Shown here: piece after piece, positions 36,662 through 45,796 of the stretch
Position numbering within the stretch: the first letter of the stretch is position 1
How the letters are laid out: each line of letters opens with the position of its first letter
Source of the DNA: Candidatus Latescibacterota bacterium
Lineage (GTDB): Bacteria; Latescibacterota; UBA2968; UBA8231
DNA: 64,000 nt
Reading direction: 5' to 3'
Assembly (NCBI GenBank): GCA_965215195.1
Contig: CBDCDC010000002.1
Coordinates: forward strand, 4,160,001-4,224,000
Position numbers and translations under genes: made by a program
The notes under the pieces: model-generated
Databases searched by the model: none
What the model saw: only the letters and a program-made list of their open reading frames with translations
What the model was told of the DNA's origin: nothing

Positions 36662-37944
36662 TCGCCCCTACCTTGCCAGCGCCGCGGTGGCGACCCGCCG
36701 CCCTGCTCGCGCAGTGCGCGCAGAACTTGGCGCAAGCTGTCGGGCAGGGGCTTGCCCGCACGGCGGTACTCGGCTATGACTTGGCGCAAGCTGTCGGGCA
36801 GGCCGCCCGGCCCGCCGCCCCTAGCCCCGGGCGGGCGGGCGCCTTCGCTTGGGGATGCGGCCAATTCCGCCGGAGCCGGTAGGCCCTCGCCGGCCAAGCG
36901 CACAGCCGCACCGTCCTTGAGGCCCTCGTGGCCAATGGTCACTACTTGGTCGCCTTCTTTGAGGCCAGAGACAATCTCGACTTGATCGCCCTCGACAAAG
37001 CCCAACTCCACGGCGACCCGCCGAACGGTGCCGTCCTCGATGAGGAAGACGTCGTCCTCGTCGGTTTCGAGGACTAGGGCCTTCTTGGGGATGATCAAGG
37101 TGTGGGGCCGCCGCTCGGTAATAATGCGCACCGTGGCGAACATCCCCGGTTTGAGGACGCCGGCACTGGCGACTTCGAGGGTGACCTTGACGGTGCCGCT
37201 GGCGGGATTGACCTCTGGATTAATCATGCGGATGCGGCCGCGGAAGCTCGTGTCGGGCAGGGCCTCAACCGCGATGGTCGCCTCTTGGCCGGGGTGCAAC
37301 TGGTACATGCGCTGCTCGGGCGCGAAAATTTTCACCAGCAGCGGGCTGAGGTCGGCGATGACAAAGACTTCTTGGTTGCTGCGAACTAGGTCGCCCAGTT
37401 CGACCAACCGCTCGGTGACAACGCCTGCAATCGGCGCGGCAATGTTCGCGTACGTGAGATTGAGCTGGGCTCCTTCGAGGGTCAACTTGGCATTGTCCAA
37501 GCGGAGGCGGGCCGTCTCGTATTCGGATTGGCTGACCATGCTGCGCTCGTGCAGCGCCTTGATGCGGTCGTAGTTGGTGCTGGCGTCGGCAAGAGCCTCT
37601 TCGGCTTGACGCCAGTTCAGGCTCAATTCGTCCTTGTTGAGGCGGACCATCGCTTGCCCTTGATGCACTCGGTCGCCCTCTTCGGCCGCTAGCTCCTCGA
37701 CTAGGCCAGTCGTGCGCGCCAAGACGCTGACTCGGCGCTCGGCTTCGAGGCGGGAATACGTCTCGATGTAGGCATTCATGTCGCCGCGAGTGACCTTTTC
37801 GCCTTTGACCGGAATGGCCGCTGCTTCGCGCCCGCCCCAACCGCCGCGCCCGTAGCTGGCGGGTTGCTGTGCTTCCTCCTCGCCGCAGCCTAGCGCGAGG
37901 AGCAAGACGCTGCCGATGGACAGCGCAGATTGGCGAGCGGTCAT
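36658..37944 (-). CDS. RND periplasmic adaptor (MFP) lipoprotein
   Basis: LALGC lipobox, lipoyl/hairpin motifs, LKPGMFA, GL..GD.VV. Confidence 0.9.
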   Translation of the reverse strand: MTARQSALSIGSVLLLALGCGEEEAQQPASYGRGGWGGREAAAIPVKGEKVTRGDMNAYIETYSRLEAERRVSVLARTTGLVEELAAEEGDRVHQGQAMVRLNKDELSLNWRQAEEALADASTNYDRIKALHERSMVSQSEYETARLRLDNAKLTLEGAQLNLTYANIAAPIAGVVTERLVELGDLVRSNQEVFVIADLSPLLVKIFAPEQRMYQLHPGQEATIAVEALPDTSFRGRIRMINPEVNPASGTVKVTLEVASAGVLKPGMFATVRIITERRPHTLIIPKKALVLETDEDDVFLIEDGTVRRVAVELGFVEGDQVEIVSGLKEGDQVVTIGHEGLKDGAAVRLAGEGLPAPAELAASPSEGARPPGARGGGPGGLPDSLRQVIAEYRRAGKPLPDSLRQVLRALREQGGGSPPRRWQGRGE

Positions 37945-38011
37945 CTGGAGCAGGCCCTAGTTGTGTGTGTTTTGTCCACGGGGTTCCTTTCTTTTGCGGG
38001 GTCGTCAAGAG

Positions 38012-38040
38012 AGTATAGAGGAGGCTTCGATCCTTGTCAA
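38012..38040 (-). promoter_or_regulatory. Sigma70 promoter of RND operon
   Basis: TTGACA (38040-38035), 17-bp spacer, TATACT (38017-38012) on the minus strand. Confidence 0.8.
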
Positions 38041-38064
38041 TAAAACTGACTGGTCAGTTTTATT
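38039..38064. promoter_or_regulatory. TetR-type operator palindrome
   Basis: AATAAAACTGAC-TG-GTCAGTTTTATT, overlapping the edge of the -35 box. Confidence 0.8.
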
Positions 38065-38178
38065 TAGCTATACTATCCATTAGACCATCGCTTGATTCTA
38101 TTCATTCCCGTGCGTTTCATTTTTTTGCCGCTGCCGCACGATGGCAGGGTACACGACTGCGCCGGGCGTAGTATCTAG

Positions 38179-38345
38179 TCGGGGATTCACTTAGGCGGGG
38201 TGTTGGGGAAGACCGGGATGACCTACGACAAACTCGCCGGTTTTTGCTTGGAGACCCAACACTACAACCAACCGAGCTTTCCGTCGGTGGTGTTGCGGCT
38301 TGGGGTGCGCTAGCGGTCGGTGACGGGGTATAGGTTTTTGGTGAC
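38179..38345 (+). pseudogene. galM: Aldose 1-epimerase (GalM) C-terminal remnant
   Basis: GKTGMTYDKLAGFCLETQHY-NQPSFPSVVLR, internal stop, then ..TGYRF. The usual PDSP is missing. Confidence 0.7.
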
Positions 38346-39665
38346 TTAGGGCTGCTTTTCCAAGGCCGCCAACCGCTCTGCCAAGTCCGTAGGGACGGCG
38401 AATATCATGGGTCGGCCCTTTTTGACCATTTCGAGGACGCCGCGTTCTACGAGGTCCAACAAATCGGTTCGCGCTGTCTGGTGGACGACGGCGTGGCTTT
38501 GTTGGTGGCTGGCGATGGTATAGCGTTGTCCTGGATTGCTCAGGGCGTGGCGGATGAGTGCGACCTGCCGGTGGTTGAACAGCGCAAGTGCTTGGATATC
38601 CTGCTCTGCTTGGCGCAGTTGAGCCGCTTTTCTCTCGATGTAGCGGTGTAACTCACCTATAGCTTGGGCAATCACCTCGGTCTGGGCAACCAAAAAGTAG
38701 GTCAAGTCGTTGTCGTCCGTCTCGGTGTACAAAAACGAACGGCCGTATTTCACCGGTGCCTTGCGCAGAATAGTAGAAATCGAAATAAACTCGAAGAGCC
38801 AATAGCCGCTCCGCAGCATGGACCAGTAGAAAAGCGCCCTTGCGGTCCGCCCGTTGCCATCGACAAATGGATGGTCGTAAGCCAACCAGAAGTGCAAAAT
38901 TATGGCCCGCACAGTCGGGTGAATGAAGTGGCTAGGCGTTTCGCCATTGGCAAAATCACACATGGCGTTCATCCGCTCCGCCAGTTCACCAGCGGACGGC
39001 GGGTCGTGAAAAATTTGGCCGGAATCATCGCCGACGACGCATCGCTCATCGGGCCTGCGGAAGCGACCTGCTGCTAGGGTATCGGCGGTGATTAGACGGT
39101 GGATCTCCAACACAAGCTCCGGCGAGAGAGCCGAGGATTTTAACTCCCGGATGCGCTGCATAGTCAGATAGTTGTTCAAGATCATCTGCTCACTCGTATC
39201 GTGCGGGCGGCGGCCCGTGCGGATCATATCTTTGGCTACCTCGCGCGTAGTCGCCGCACCTTCGAGCTGACTCGAAGTGATGGCTTCTTCCATCAGTGAA
39301 CGCACCAAATAGCGGTCGCGAGTCTGAGGATTGACAATGGGTTCCGGTATGCTCACCAGCCCGCCCGTGCCCAAATCAATCTGGTGTAACTCCTGCAAGA
39401 CTCCCTCTGGCACGGCAAACTGGAACGGCCTTCCTTCCTTGTCTTTGAGGCTGATCGGTTGCAGCGCGTTGATGCGAAATATCTTCAATGCCAGCCACCA
39501 CTCGCGGTGGGAAAAGTTCTCAGGCGGCGGGCGATACCGGACTTTATCCCAATGCAGGTAGTGTCCAGCGCCAGTCCGCATACGGCGGGCAAGCTGAAGC
39601 ATCCGCTCTGGCGAGACTTCGGCTATCAGGTCTTCGAGCTTGGGAGGGGACTGAGGGAGATTCAT
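38346..39665 (-). CDS. Fic family protein with C-terminal HTH
   Basis: Canonical HPFVDGNGRTAR, inhibitory-type SSQLEG, C-terminal QTARTDLLDLVERG. Confidence 0.92.
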   Translation of the reverse strand: MNLPQSPPKLEDLIAEVSPERMLQLARRMRTGAGHYLHWDKVRYRPPPENFSHREWWLALKIFRINALQPISLKDKEGRPFQFAVPEGVLQELHQIDLGTGGLVSIPEPIVNPQTRDRYLVRSLMEEAITSSQLEGAATTREVAKDMIRTGRRPHDTSEQMILNNYLTMQRIRELKSSALSPELVLEIHRLITADTLAAGRFRRPDERCVVGDDSGQIFHDPPSAGELAERMNAMCDFANGETPSHFIHPTVRAIILHFWLAYDHPFVDGNGRTARALFYWSMLRSGYWLFEFISISTILRKAPVKYGRSFLYTETDDNDLTYFLVAQTEVIAQAIGELHRYIERKAAQLRQAEQDIQALALFNHRQVALIRHALSNPGQRYTIASHQQSHAVVHQTARTDLLDLVERGVLEMVKKGRPMIFAVPTDLAERLAALEKQP

Positions 39666-39696
39666 GGAAAAGTCAATTAAGGAACAGGTTAATACT

Positions 39697-39779
39697 AATG
39701 AATTACTAATTAATACTAAATTAGTAATAAGAAAAGAGAGCAATGTCAATGAATTACTAATTAATACTAAATTAGTAAT
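39697..39779. promoter_or_regulatory. Two identical 32-bp palindromic boxes upstream of fic
   Basis: AATGAATTACTAATTAATACTAAATTAGTAAT at 39697-39728 and 39748-39779. Minus-strand TTGACA at 39749-39744. Confidence 0.75.
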
Positions 39780-39910
39780 TAAACTCCCGCGATTGAGCGT
39801 ATTCGTCGACGTTGCAATCCGCGTCCCGTTCGCTTTTGCAGGCCGCAGCCACAGCCCCTATAATTGGGCCGTGTGCAAAAAACCCAACACCGCAAAACAG
39901 GAGCGATGTC

Positions 39911-40378
39911 ATGCAACAGCTCCTCGTGGCCTTGGCGGCCCTTGCGCTGGCCGCCTGTGGCCGAGAACCCCCCGCTGATCTCATCCCCGCCCGAATTGTC
40001 GATGTGCGCGACTTCGGTGCCGATGGGGTGGCCGTCGTGCTCAAAGGGGACGACGTGCCGCCGTTGCCCATCATCATCGGCCACTGCGAGGCGCGGGCGT
40101 TGGTCGGGGCCATGCGGGACGAAGATTTCCCGCGCCCGCTCGCGTACGATCTGTTGGAAGCGATGCTGGAGAAGCTGCAAGGCGAGGTGATGCACCTCGT
40201 CGTCCACAGCATTGAGGACAACACCTTTCACGCCAACTTGTACATTGAGACCGCGGCTGGCGAGTGGGTGCTCGACTGCCGGCCCAGCGACGGCATGGTG
40301 CTGGTGACGCGCCTCGGAGCACCCATCTACTTGCGGCCGCGGCTTTTTGAACCCAAAGACCTAAGCCCACAGGTATAA
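39911..40378 (+). CDS. Bifunctional nuclease (DUF151) domain protein with lipoprotein signal
   Basis: LPIIIGHCEA, RPLAYDL, TFHA, DCRPSDG. N-terminal LALAAC. Confidence 0.8.
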   Translation: MQQLLVALAALALAACGREPPADLIPARIVDVRDFGADGVAVVLKGDDVPPLPIIIGHCEARALVGAMRDEDFPRPLAYDLLEAMLEKLQGEVMHLVVHSIEDNTFHANLYIETAAGEWVLDCRPSDGMVLVTRLGAPIYLRPRLFEPKDLSPQV

Positions 40379-40481
40379 TCAACGTGGTCAGTGGTCAGTC
40401 CCTGCCTCGCTCTAGGGGGTGGAACTAAGCACTGACTGCTGGCCATTCCACTAGCTAACCACCAACCGCGAGGAGGGTGCC

Positions 40482-41483
40482 GTGGCCTATCGCGTCGGCC
40501 TCGTGGGCACGGGTGGCATTGCCCGCGCCCACGGCAAGGCCTGCCAGCAGATCGCCGAAGCCGAACTCGTCGCTGTCTGCGACGTGTCCGCAGAGCAGCT
40601 AGCGCGCTACGGCGAGGAGTTCGGCGTTGCCGCGCGCTATACCGAACTCGACGCCATGCTGCACGCGGCCGAGCTGGACATTGCCATTATCTGCACTTGG
40701 GGTGCCTTTCACGCGGAGACCGGGATCCGCATCTGCGATTCGGGACGGGTAAAAGCCGTGCTCTGCGAAAAACCCTTCACCCAAAACGCCGCCCAAGCAG
40801 CGGCCTTTGCCGCGGCCGGCCGGAAAAACCGCGTCCTCGTGGCCGAGGCGTTTAAGTTTCGCCATCACCCCATGCACTTGCGGGCCAAGGCCATGATCGA
40901 CGCTGGCGCAATCGGCGACCTAGTCGGCGTGCGGAGCACGTTTTGCACCAGTGCCGGAGGCGCACTCAAAGAGCGCACACCCGAGTCGAATTGGCGCTTC
41001 AACAAGGCCAAAGGCGGCGGCAGCATGTACGACTTGGCCTGTTACAACATTCACCACGCGCGGTTTGTGTTTGGCCAAGAGCCGGAGCGGGTGTTTGCCG
41101 CACAGCAGCCGGGCTTGGAGACCGACGATGCCGCGTCGATTGTGCTCGTCTTTTCCGGGGGCCGCACCGCGCAGATCGCCGTAGGGTTTAATGCGTTCAG
41201 CTCGCAGTACGCGGAAATTTCCGGGCACCGCGGGATGCTGCGACTAGACCAAGTGTGGAACAACGAGAATCGGGCCGTGGCCATAGAGCATCGCACGCCG
41301 AGCGGGGCGGAGGTCGTCGAATTCGCGCCTTGCTTTCAGTTTGCATTGCAGTTGCAGCACCTGTGCGAATGCTTGGCCGAGGGACGGGAGCATCGGATCG
41401 CGCCGGAGCACAGCGTCGCGCAGATGCGGGTGTTAGACGCGGTGAAGGAGTCTATGGAGACCGGGCGGGCAGTGGAGTGTTAG
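40482..41483 (+). CDS. Gfo/Idh/MocA oxidoreductase
   Basis: GLVGTGGIA, CEKP, GGGSMYDLACY. Confidence 0.9.
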   Translation: MAYRVGLVGTGGIARAHGKACQQIAEAELVAVCDVSAEQLARYGEEFGVAARYTELDAMLHAAELDIAIICTWGAFHAETGIRICDSGRVKAVLCEKPFTQNAAQAAAFAAAGRKNRVLVAEAFKFRHHPMHLRAKAMIDAGAIGDLVGVRSTFCTSAGGALKERTPESNWRFNKAKGGGSMYDLACYNIHHARFVFGQEPERVFAAQQPGLETDDAASIVLVFSGGRTAQIAVGFNAFSSQYAEISGHRGMLRLDQVWNNENRAVAIEHRTPSGAEVVEFAPCFQFALQLQHLCECLAEGREHRIAPEHSVAQMRVLDAVKESMETGRAVEC

Positions 41484-41517
41484 GGAATTAAAACTTTAAC
41501 CAAAGAAAGGACGAATC

Positions 41518-42606
41518 ATGCGCGTTGGCATTATTGGACACACTGGCCGCGGCCACTACGGCCACTACCTCGACATGGCGTTTGTCGGGGTAGAAGGCGC
41601 GGAGATTGTGGCGCTGGCCGATCCCGATGACGAGGGAAGAAAGGCCGCTGTCGCCAAGACCGGAGCACCCCAAGGATACGCCGATTACGTGCAGATGTTA
41701 GAGGAGCAGCAGCCGGATATTGCGGTGGTGGCCTCGCGGGAGATCGGCGATCACTTGGCGTTGGTGCTCAATTGTGTGGCGCGCGGGGCGCACGTGTACC
41801 TCGAAAAGCCAGTGGCGGCTTCGGTCGCCCAAGTTGACCAGATGATCGCAGCGTGCGATAAGGCTGGAGTAACGGTGGTGGTGGCGCATCCTTGGCGGGG
41901 GCATCCGCCCGTCCAGCGAGTGGCGATTCCGGCGATTAAGGCGGGGAAGATCGGCCAGCCGCGGCTGTGCCGGATCTATGGGATGGGCGGCGCGCACGGC
42001 GGGGATCAACTGTTTTTGGACTTGTATCCGCATTTCTTTGACTTTCTCTATCAGTTGTTTGGTGCGCCGCTGTGGTGCCATGCACATCTGACGCAAGATG
42101 GGCGCAGCGCGACGCCGGCCGATGTACAGGAAGGCGTTGAAGGGATGGGCTTGGTGGCCGGCGACGGCATCAAGGCGTACTACGAGTTCCCGGGCGGCGT
42201 GGCTGCCGATTTTGAATCCTACCGGGGCGATGGGAAGGAAAACCCCTATCGCATCGACATTCACGGTACGGAAGGGACCTTGTCGCTGCCGGGGCCGATG
42301 GTCAACTTGCCGGACATTTACTACCACCCGCTGGTCAACCCCGGGCTGATCGGCGATCCGCGCTGGGAGGTCATGCCCTCGTCGCCGCCGCCGGATGAGC
42401 ACAAGTGGCTCAACGCCCACCGCCGCATGGCGCGGTCCATGATCGACATGCTCGAAGGCCGCGACCCGCAGTGGGAGTTGGTGGAGTTGGAAAATGCGCG
42501 GCTCTATCTGGAAATGGCGATGATGGCGCATGCCTCGCACAAGGCCGGAGCGCGGGTAGGGCTGCCGCTGGCGAGCACGGCGAACCCGTTTGACGAGTGG
42601 GAGTGA
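41518..42606 (+). CDS. Gfo/Idh/MocA oxidoreductase
   Basis: GIIGHTGRGHYGH, LEKP. Confidence 0.85.
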   Translation: MRVGIIGHTGRGHYGHYLDMAFVGVEGAEIVALADPDDEGRKAAVAKTGAPQGYADYVQMLEEQQPDIAVVASREIGDHLALVLNCVARGAHVYLEKPVAASVAQVDQMIAACDKAGVTVVVAHPWRGHPPVQRVAIPAIKAGKIGQPRLCRIYGMGGAHGGDQLFLDLYPHFFDFLYQLFGAPLWCHAHLTQDGRSATPADVQEGVEGMGLVAGDGIKAYYEFPGGVAADFESYRGDGKENPYRIDIHGTEGTLSLPGPMVNLPDIYYHPLVNPGLIGDPRWEVMPSSPPPDEHKWLNAHRRMARSMIDMLEGRDPQWELVELENARLYLEMAMMAHASHKAGARVGLPLASTANPFDEWE

Positions 42607-42646
42607 TGGTTGCCGGGACCAACATCGTTCAAAATTCCAAGCGGCG

Positions 42647-44239
42647 ATGATGGCAGTGCGCTGGGTTTTGGTGCTGTTTTGCCTGTGGGGCGCGGCCGCG
42701 GTCGCCCAGCCTCGGTACGTGGATGTGGCCGCGGCGGCTGGCATTGAATTCGAGCACCGCAATGGGGCTAGCGGGCACAAGCAATTGCCCGAGACTATGG
42801 GGTCGGGCGTGGCCCTTTTCGACTATGACGACGACGGCTGGCTCGACCTGTATTGGGTCAATGTCGCGGGCCCGGCCGCGCTCTACCGCAACGAAGGGAA
42901 TGGCCGTTTTGCCGAGCAGACGCAAGCGGCCGGTGTGGGGAATTCCGGGTGCGGCATGGGCGCGGTGGCCGCAGACTACGACAATGACGGCGATGCAGAC
43001 CTGTACATCACCTGCTACGGCGCGAACATCCTCTACCGCAATCGCGGCGACGGCCGCTTTGCCGATGCCACGGCCACAGCCGGCGTGGGCGACGAGGGCT
43101 TCGGCACGGGCGCGGCCTTTGGCGACTGGGATCTCGATGGCGACTTGGATTTGTATGTGGCCAACTATCTAAACTTCCGCGCCGACCCAGACCGCGCCTG
43201 TTTTCGCCAAGATAGCGTCCGGGTCTATTGCGCGCCGTGGACCTATGCGCCCGAAGCGGACGCTTTCTACCGCAACGACGGCGGTCGCTTCGCCGAGGTC
43301 GGTGCGGAAGTGGGGTTTGCCGCGGGTCGAGCGCGGGAGCTGGGCGCGGTCTTTGTCGATTGGGATCTCGACGGCGACTTGGACCTATTTGCCGCGGGCG
43401 ATGGTACGCCCAATTTGCTCTACCAAAACGAGGGCGGCCACTTCGCGGAAGTGGGTTTGCTCGCCGGGGTTTCCCACAATCGGCAGGGCCAATCCGAAGC
43501 CGGCATGGGCGTGGCCGCGGGCGACTACGACAACGACGGAGCCTTTGATTTTTTCGCGACTAATTTCTACTTGGAGAGCAATACCTTGTACCGCAACGAG
43601 GGCGCGGGGTTTTTCCGCGACCAGACGACGGACGCCAAATTAGGCAAGCCCTCGCTGGCGCACCTGTCTTGGGGCACGGCTTTCTTCGACTGGGATCTCG
43701 ACGGCGACGAGGATCTCTTCGTGGCCAATGGCCACATCGACGACAACGTAGAACGCTTCGCCGAGACCACGTACGCGCAGCCCAATCAGTTGTTCCGAAA
43801 CGACGGCCCGGCTGGGTTTGCCGATGTCAGTGCCGCGGCCGGGCTGGGCGCTGTGCAGTCGAGCCGAGGGGCGGCCTTGGGCGATTGCGACAACGACGGC
43901 GATCTCGATATTGCGGTGGCCCATATCAATGCGCGCCCTTCGCTCCTGCGCAACGACATGGGGGGCGAGCGCAACTACTTGGCCGTCCGCACGGTAGGCG
44001 TGGAGAGCAACCGCGACGGCGTCGGCGCGCGCATTCGCGTGCGCACCGGACCTCGGGTGCAAGTGCGGGAGGTGCGCCGCGGCGGCAGCTATCTGTCGAG
44101 CCACGACCCGCGCGTCTTTTTTGGCCTCGGGGCCAGCGCGCAGGCCGACGCAGTGGAGATTCGCTGGCCCAGCGGCAAGGTGCAGCGGCTCGGCCGGGTG
44201 CTGGGCGGACAGGTGTTGACCGCAAAGGAGCCGCAGTAG
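42647..44239 (+). CDS. CRTAC1-like FG-GAP repeat / ASPIC-UnbV protein
   Basis: Multiple D.D.DG..DL repeats, GMG, C-terminal GGSYLS...FGLG...IRWPSG. Confidence 0.9.
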   Translation: MMAVRWVLVLFCLWGAAAVAQPRYVDVAAAAGIEFEHRNGASGHKQLPETMGSGVALFDYDDDGWLDLYWVNVAGPAALYRNEGNGRFAEQTQAAGVGNSGCGMGAVAADYDNDGDADLYITCYGANILYRNRGDGRFADATATAGVGDEGFGTGAAFGDWDLDGDLDLYVANYLNFRADPDRACFRQDSVRVYCAPWTYAPEADAFYRNDGGRFAEVGAEVGFAAGRARELGAVFVDWDLDGDLDLFAAGDGTPNLLYQNEGGHFAEVGLLAGVSHNRQGQSEAGMGVAAGDYDNDGAFDFFATNFYLESNTLYRNEGAGFFRDQTTDAKLGKPSLAHLSWGTAFFDWDLDGDEDLFVANGHIDDNVERFAETTYAQPNQLFRNDGPAGFADVSAAAGLGAVQSSRGAALGDCDNDGDLDIAVAHINARPSLLRNDMGGERNYLAVRTVGVESNRDGVGARIRVRTGPRVQVREVRRGGSYLSSHDPRVFFGLGASAQADAVEIRWPSGKVQRLGRVLGGQVLTAKEPQ

Positions 44240-44262
44240 CCGATCCCGTGTAAGAGTACCCC

Positions 44263-44382
44263 CTTACTACACGACACCAGCCCTCAGCGAGGGCGGGACG
44301 CCCTCGATCCCGGACCCAGCGGAAACCGCAGAAAAGGCGTACTCAAAGTAAGGGGCGCCTACTTTAGGGGTCGGGTACTAAG
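44263..44382. mobile_element. MITE, second copy (inverted, 120 bp), 9-bp TSD
   Basis: Reverse complement of 13527-13678 minus a 32-bp internal segment. Flanked by GAGTACCCC at 44254-44262 and 44383-44391. Confidence 0.9.
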
Positions 44383-44444
44383 GAGTACCCCTACCGACGC
44401 CCTATAATATGTAAGGGCACCTCTTGTAGGGAAAATTGTCCTTT

Positions 44445-45626
44445 ATGAGATGGCTTCTAGTGATTCTGCTCATCGGCTGCAAGGAGCAGGAGTCGCCCTC
44501 GGCTGTAGGGCGCGCGCATTTTGAGCAGGGCCTTGCACACGCCCAACGCGGGCGTTTCCACGAAGCCATTGCCGCGTATAGGCAGGCGGCCGCGCAGATG
44601 CCGGACGCGCCCCAAGTCCACTACAATCTGGCCAATGCCTATTTTTCGACCGATGCCCTCGGCCAAGCCGAGGCCGCGTACCAAAAGGCCATCGCACTCA
44701 AGCCCGACTACGCGGACGCGCACTACCAACTCGGCGGCGTGTACATTCGGCAAAAAAAGTACGACGCGGCCTACGCGCCGCTCGGCAAGGCATTGGAAAG
44801 CGACCCCGGGCACGTTGCCGCGTACAATGCCTTGGGCCTGCTGCACATCCGGCAGGGCGCATACCAAGAGGCCGCCGCCCTGTACGAGCGCGCCTTGCAG
44901 GTGGATTCGACGCGCTCTGAACTCTGGTATCATCTCGGCCAAGTCGAAGTCAGGCGCGGCGAGCGCGAAGCAGCGAAAACGGCCTTTGCCCGTGCAATTC
45001 GCACGGACACGACCCAAGCGGGCGCGTACGCGGGCTTGGGTGCCCTGTATGTGGAGGAGCAACGCTACGAGGAGGCCGAGGGTTTTTTGCTGCGGGCCGT
45101 TGCGCTGCGCCCGTTTTGGGCGCGCCCCCACTACGACTTGGGGCAGGTCTATATGCGCTTGGGCGAGCGGCAAAAGGGCCGCGAGGTATTGGAGCGATTT
45201 GCGCGCCTCGAAGAAGAGGAAAAAATGATCAAGAGCTTGGAGTTTACGCTCTTGAGCGAGGCCGAGGACGCACGCCGCCACTACGACTTGGGGGTGCTCT
45301 ACGGCCAGCGTCGCCAATTCGCCAAGGCCGCGGCGCGCTACGGCCGCGCACTCGCACTCGACTCAACTTTTGCGGCGGCCTATGTGAACTTGGGCAACAT
45401 CTACTTGCGCGAGGAGCACTTTGAAGCGGCCCAGCAGCTTTTTGCCCAAGCGCTCGCCGCGGATTCGACCCACGCCAACGCGCACAATAGCCTCGGCAAC
45501 CTGCACCTGATGCGCCGGGACTTTGCGGCCGCCGCAGCCGCGTTTGCCAGCGCAGTGCGCTTGGCCCCGGATGCCCCGGGCTTCCGCGAAAATTTGGACA
45601 TCGCCCGGGGGTTGGCAGGGAAATAA
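44445..45626 (+). CDS. TPR-repeat lipoprotein
   Basis: LLIGC lipobox, many HYNLA/HY.LG TPR units. Confidence 0.88.
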   Translation: MRWLLVILLIGCKEQESPSAVGRAHFEQGLAHAQRGRFHEAIAAYRQAAAQMPDAPQVHYNLANAYFSTDALGQAEAAYQKAIALKPDYADAHYQLGGVYIRQKKYDAAYAPLGKALESDPGHVAAYNALGLLHIRQGAYQEAAALYERALQVDSTRSELWYHLGQVEVRRGEREAAKTAFARAIRTDTTQAGAYAGLGALYVEEQRYEEAEGFLLRAVALRPFWARPHYDLGQVYMRLGERQKGREVLERFARLEEEEKMIKSLEFTLLSEAEDARRHYDLGVLYGQRRQFAKAAARYGRALALDSTFAAAYVNLGNIYLREEHFEAAQQLFAQALAADSTHANAHNSLGNLHLMRRDFAAAAAAFASAVRLAPDAPGFRENLDIARGLAGK

Positions 45627-45796
45627 GGGGCTTCTTACTATAAATGACTAACGTTGCAGTTTTGAGGGTTGCGCACCCCGATGCGGCGGGTCGCCCCGTC
45701 GCCCGCGCCCCCGTTTTCACGGCCGCAAGCCGGCGGCTGCGCAGGACGAACAACCTTAAAGCGCGTACCACCAGTTAGTTAGTCAAAGGAGAGAAT

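Noticed and set aside
36727-36802. Duplicated LPDSLRQV segment in the MFP tail
   Set aside because: Small duplication in a low-complexity tail with no functional evidence.
39697-39779. Possible mini CRISPR array
   Set aside because: Only two units with a 19-bp spacer, no cas genes, and a promoter position, so an operator is more likely.
40384-40465. GTGGTCA-type short repeats/hairpin (similar at 62278-62343)
   Set aside because: Short, degenerate intergenic repeats with too little signal to call an RNA gene.
41698-42780. Long antisense ORFs (also 50359-51435, 46277-47233, 15608-16519 and others)
   Set aside because: Shadow frames of GC-rich genes with clear identities on the opposite strand.
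13527-44382. Composite transposon bounded by the two inverted MITE copies
   Set aside because: Each copy has its own different TSD, so they inserted independently.
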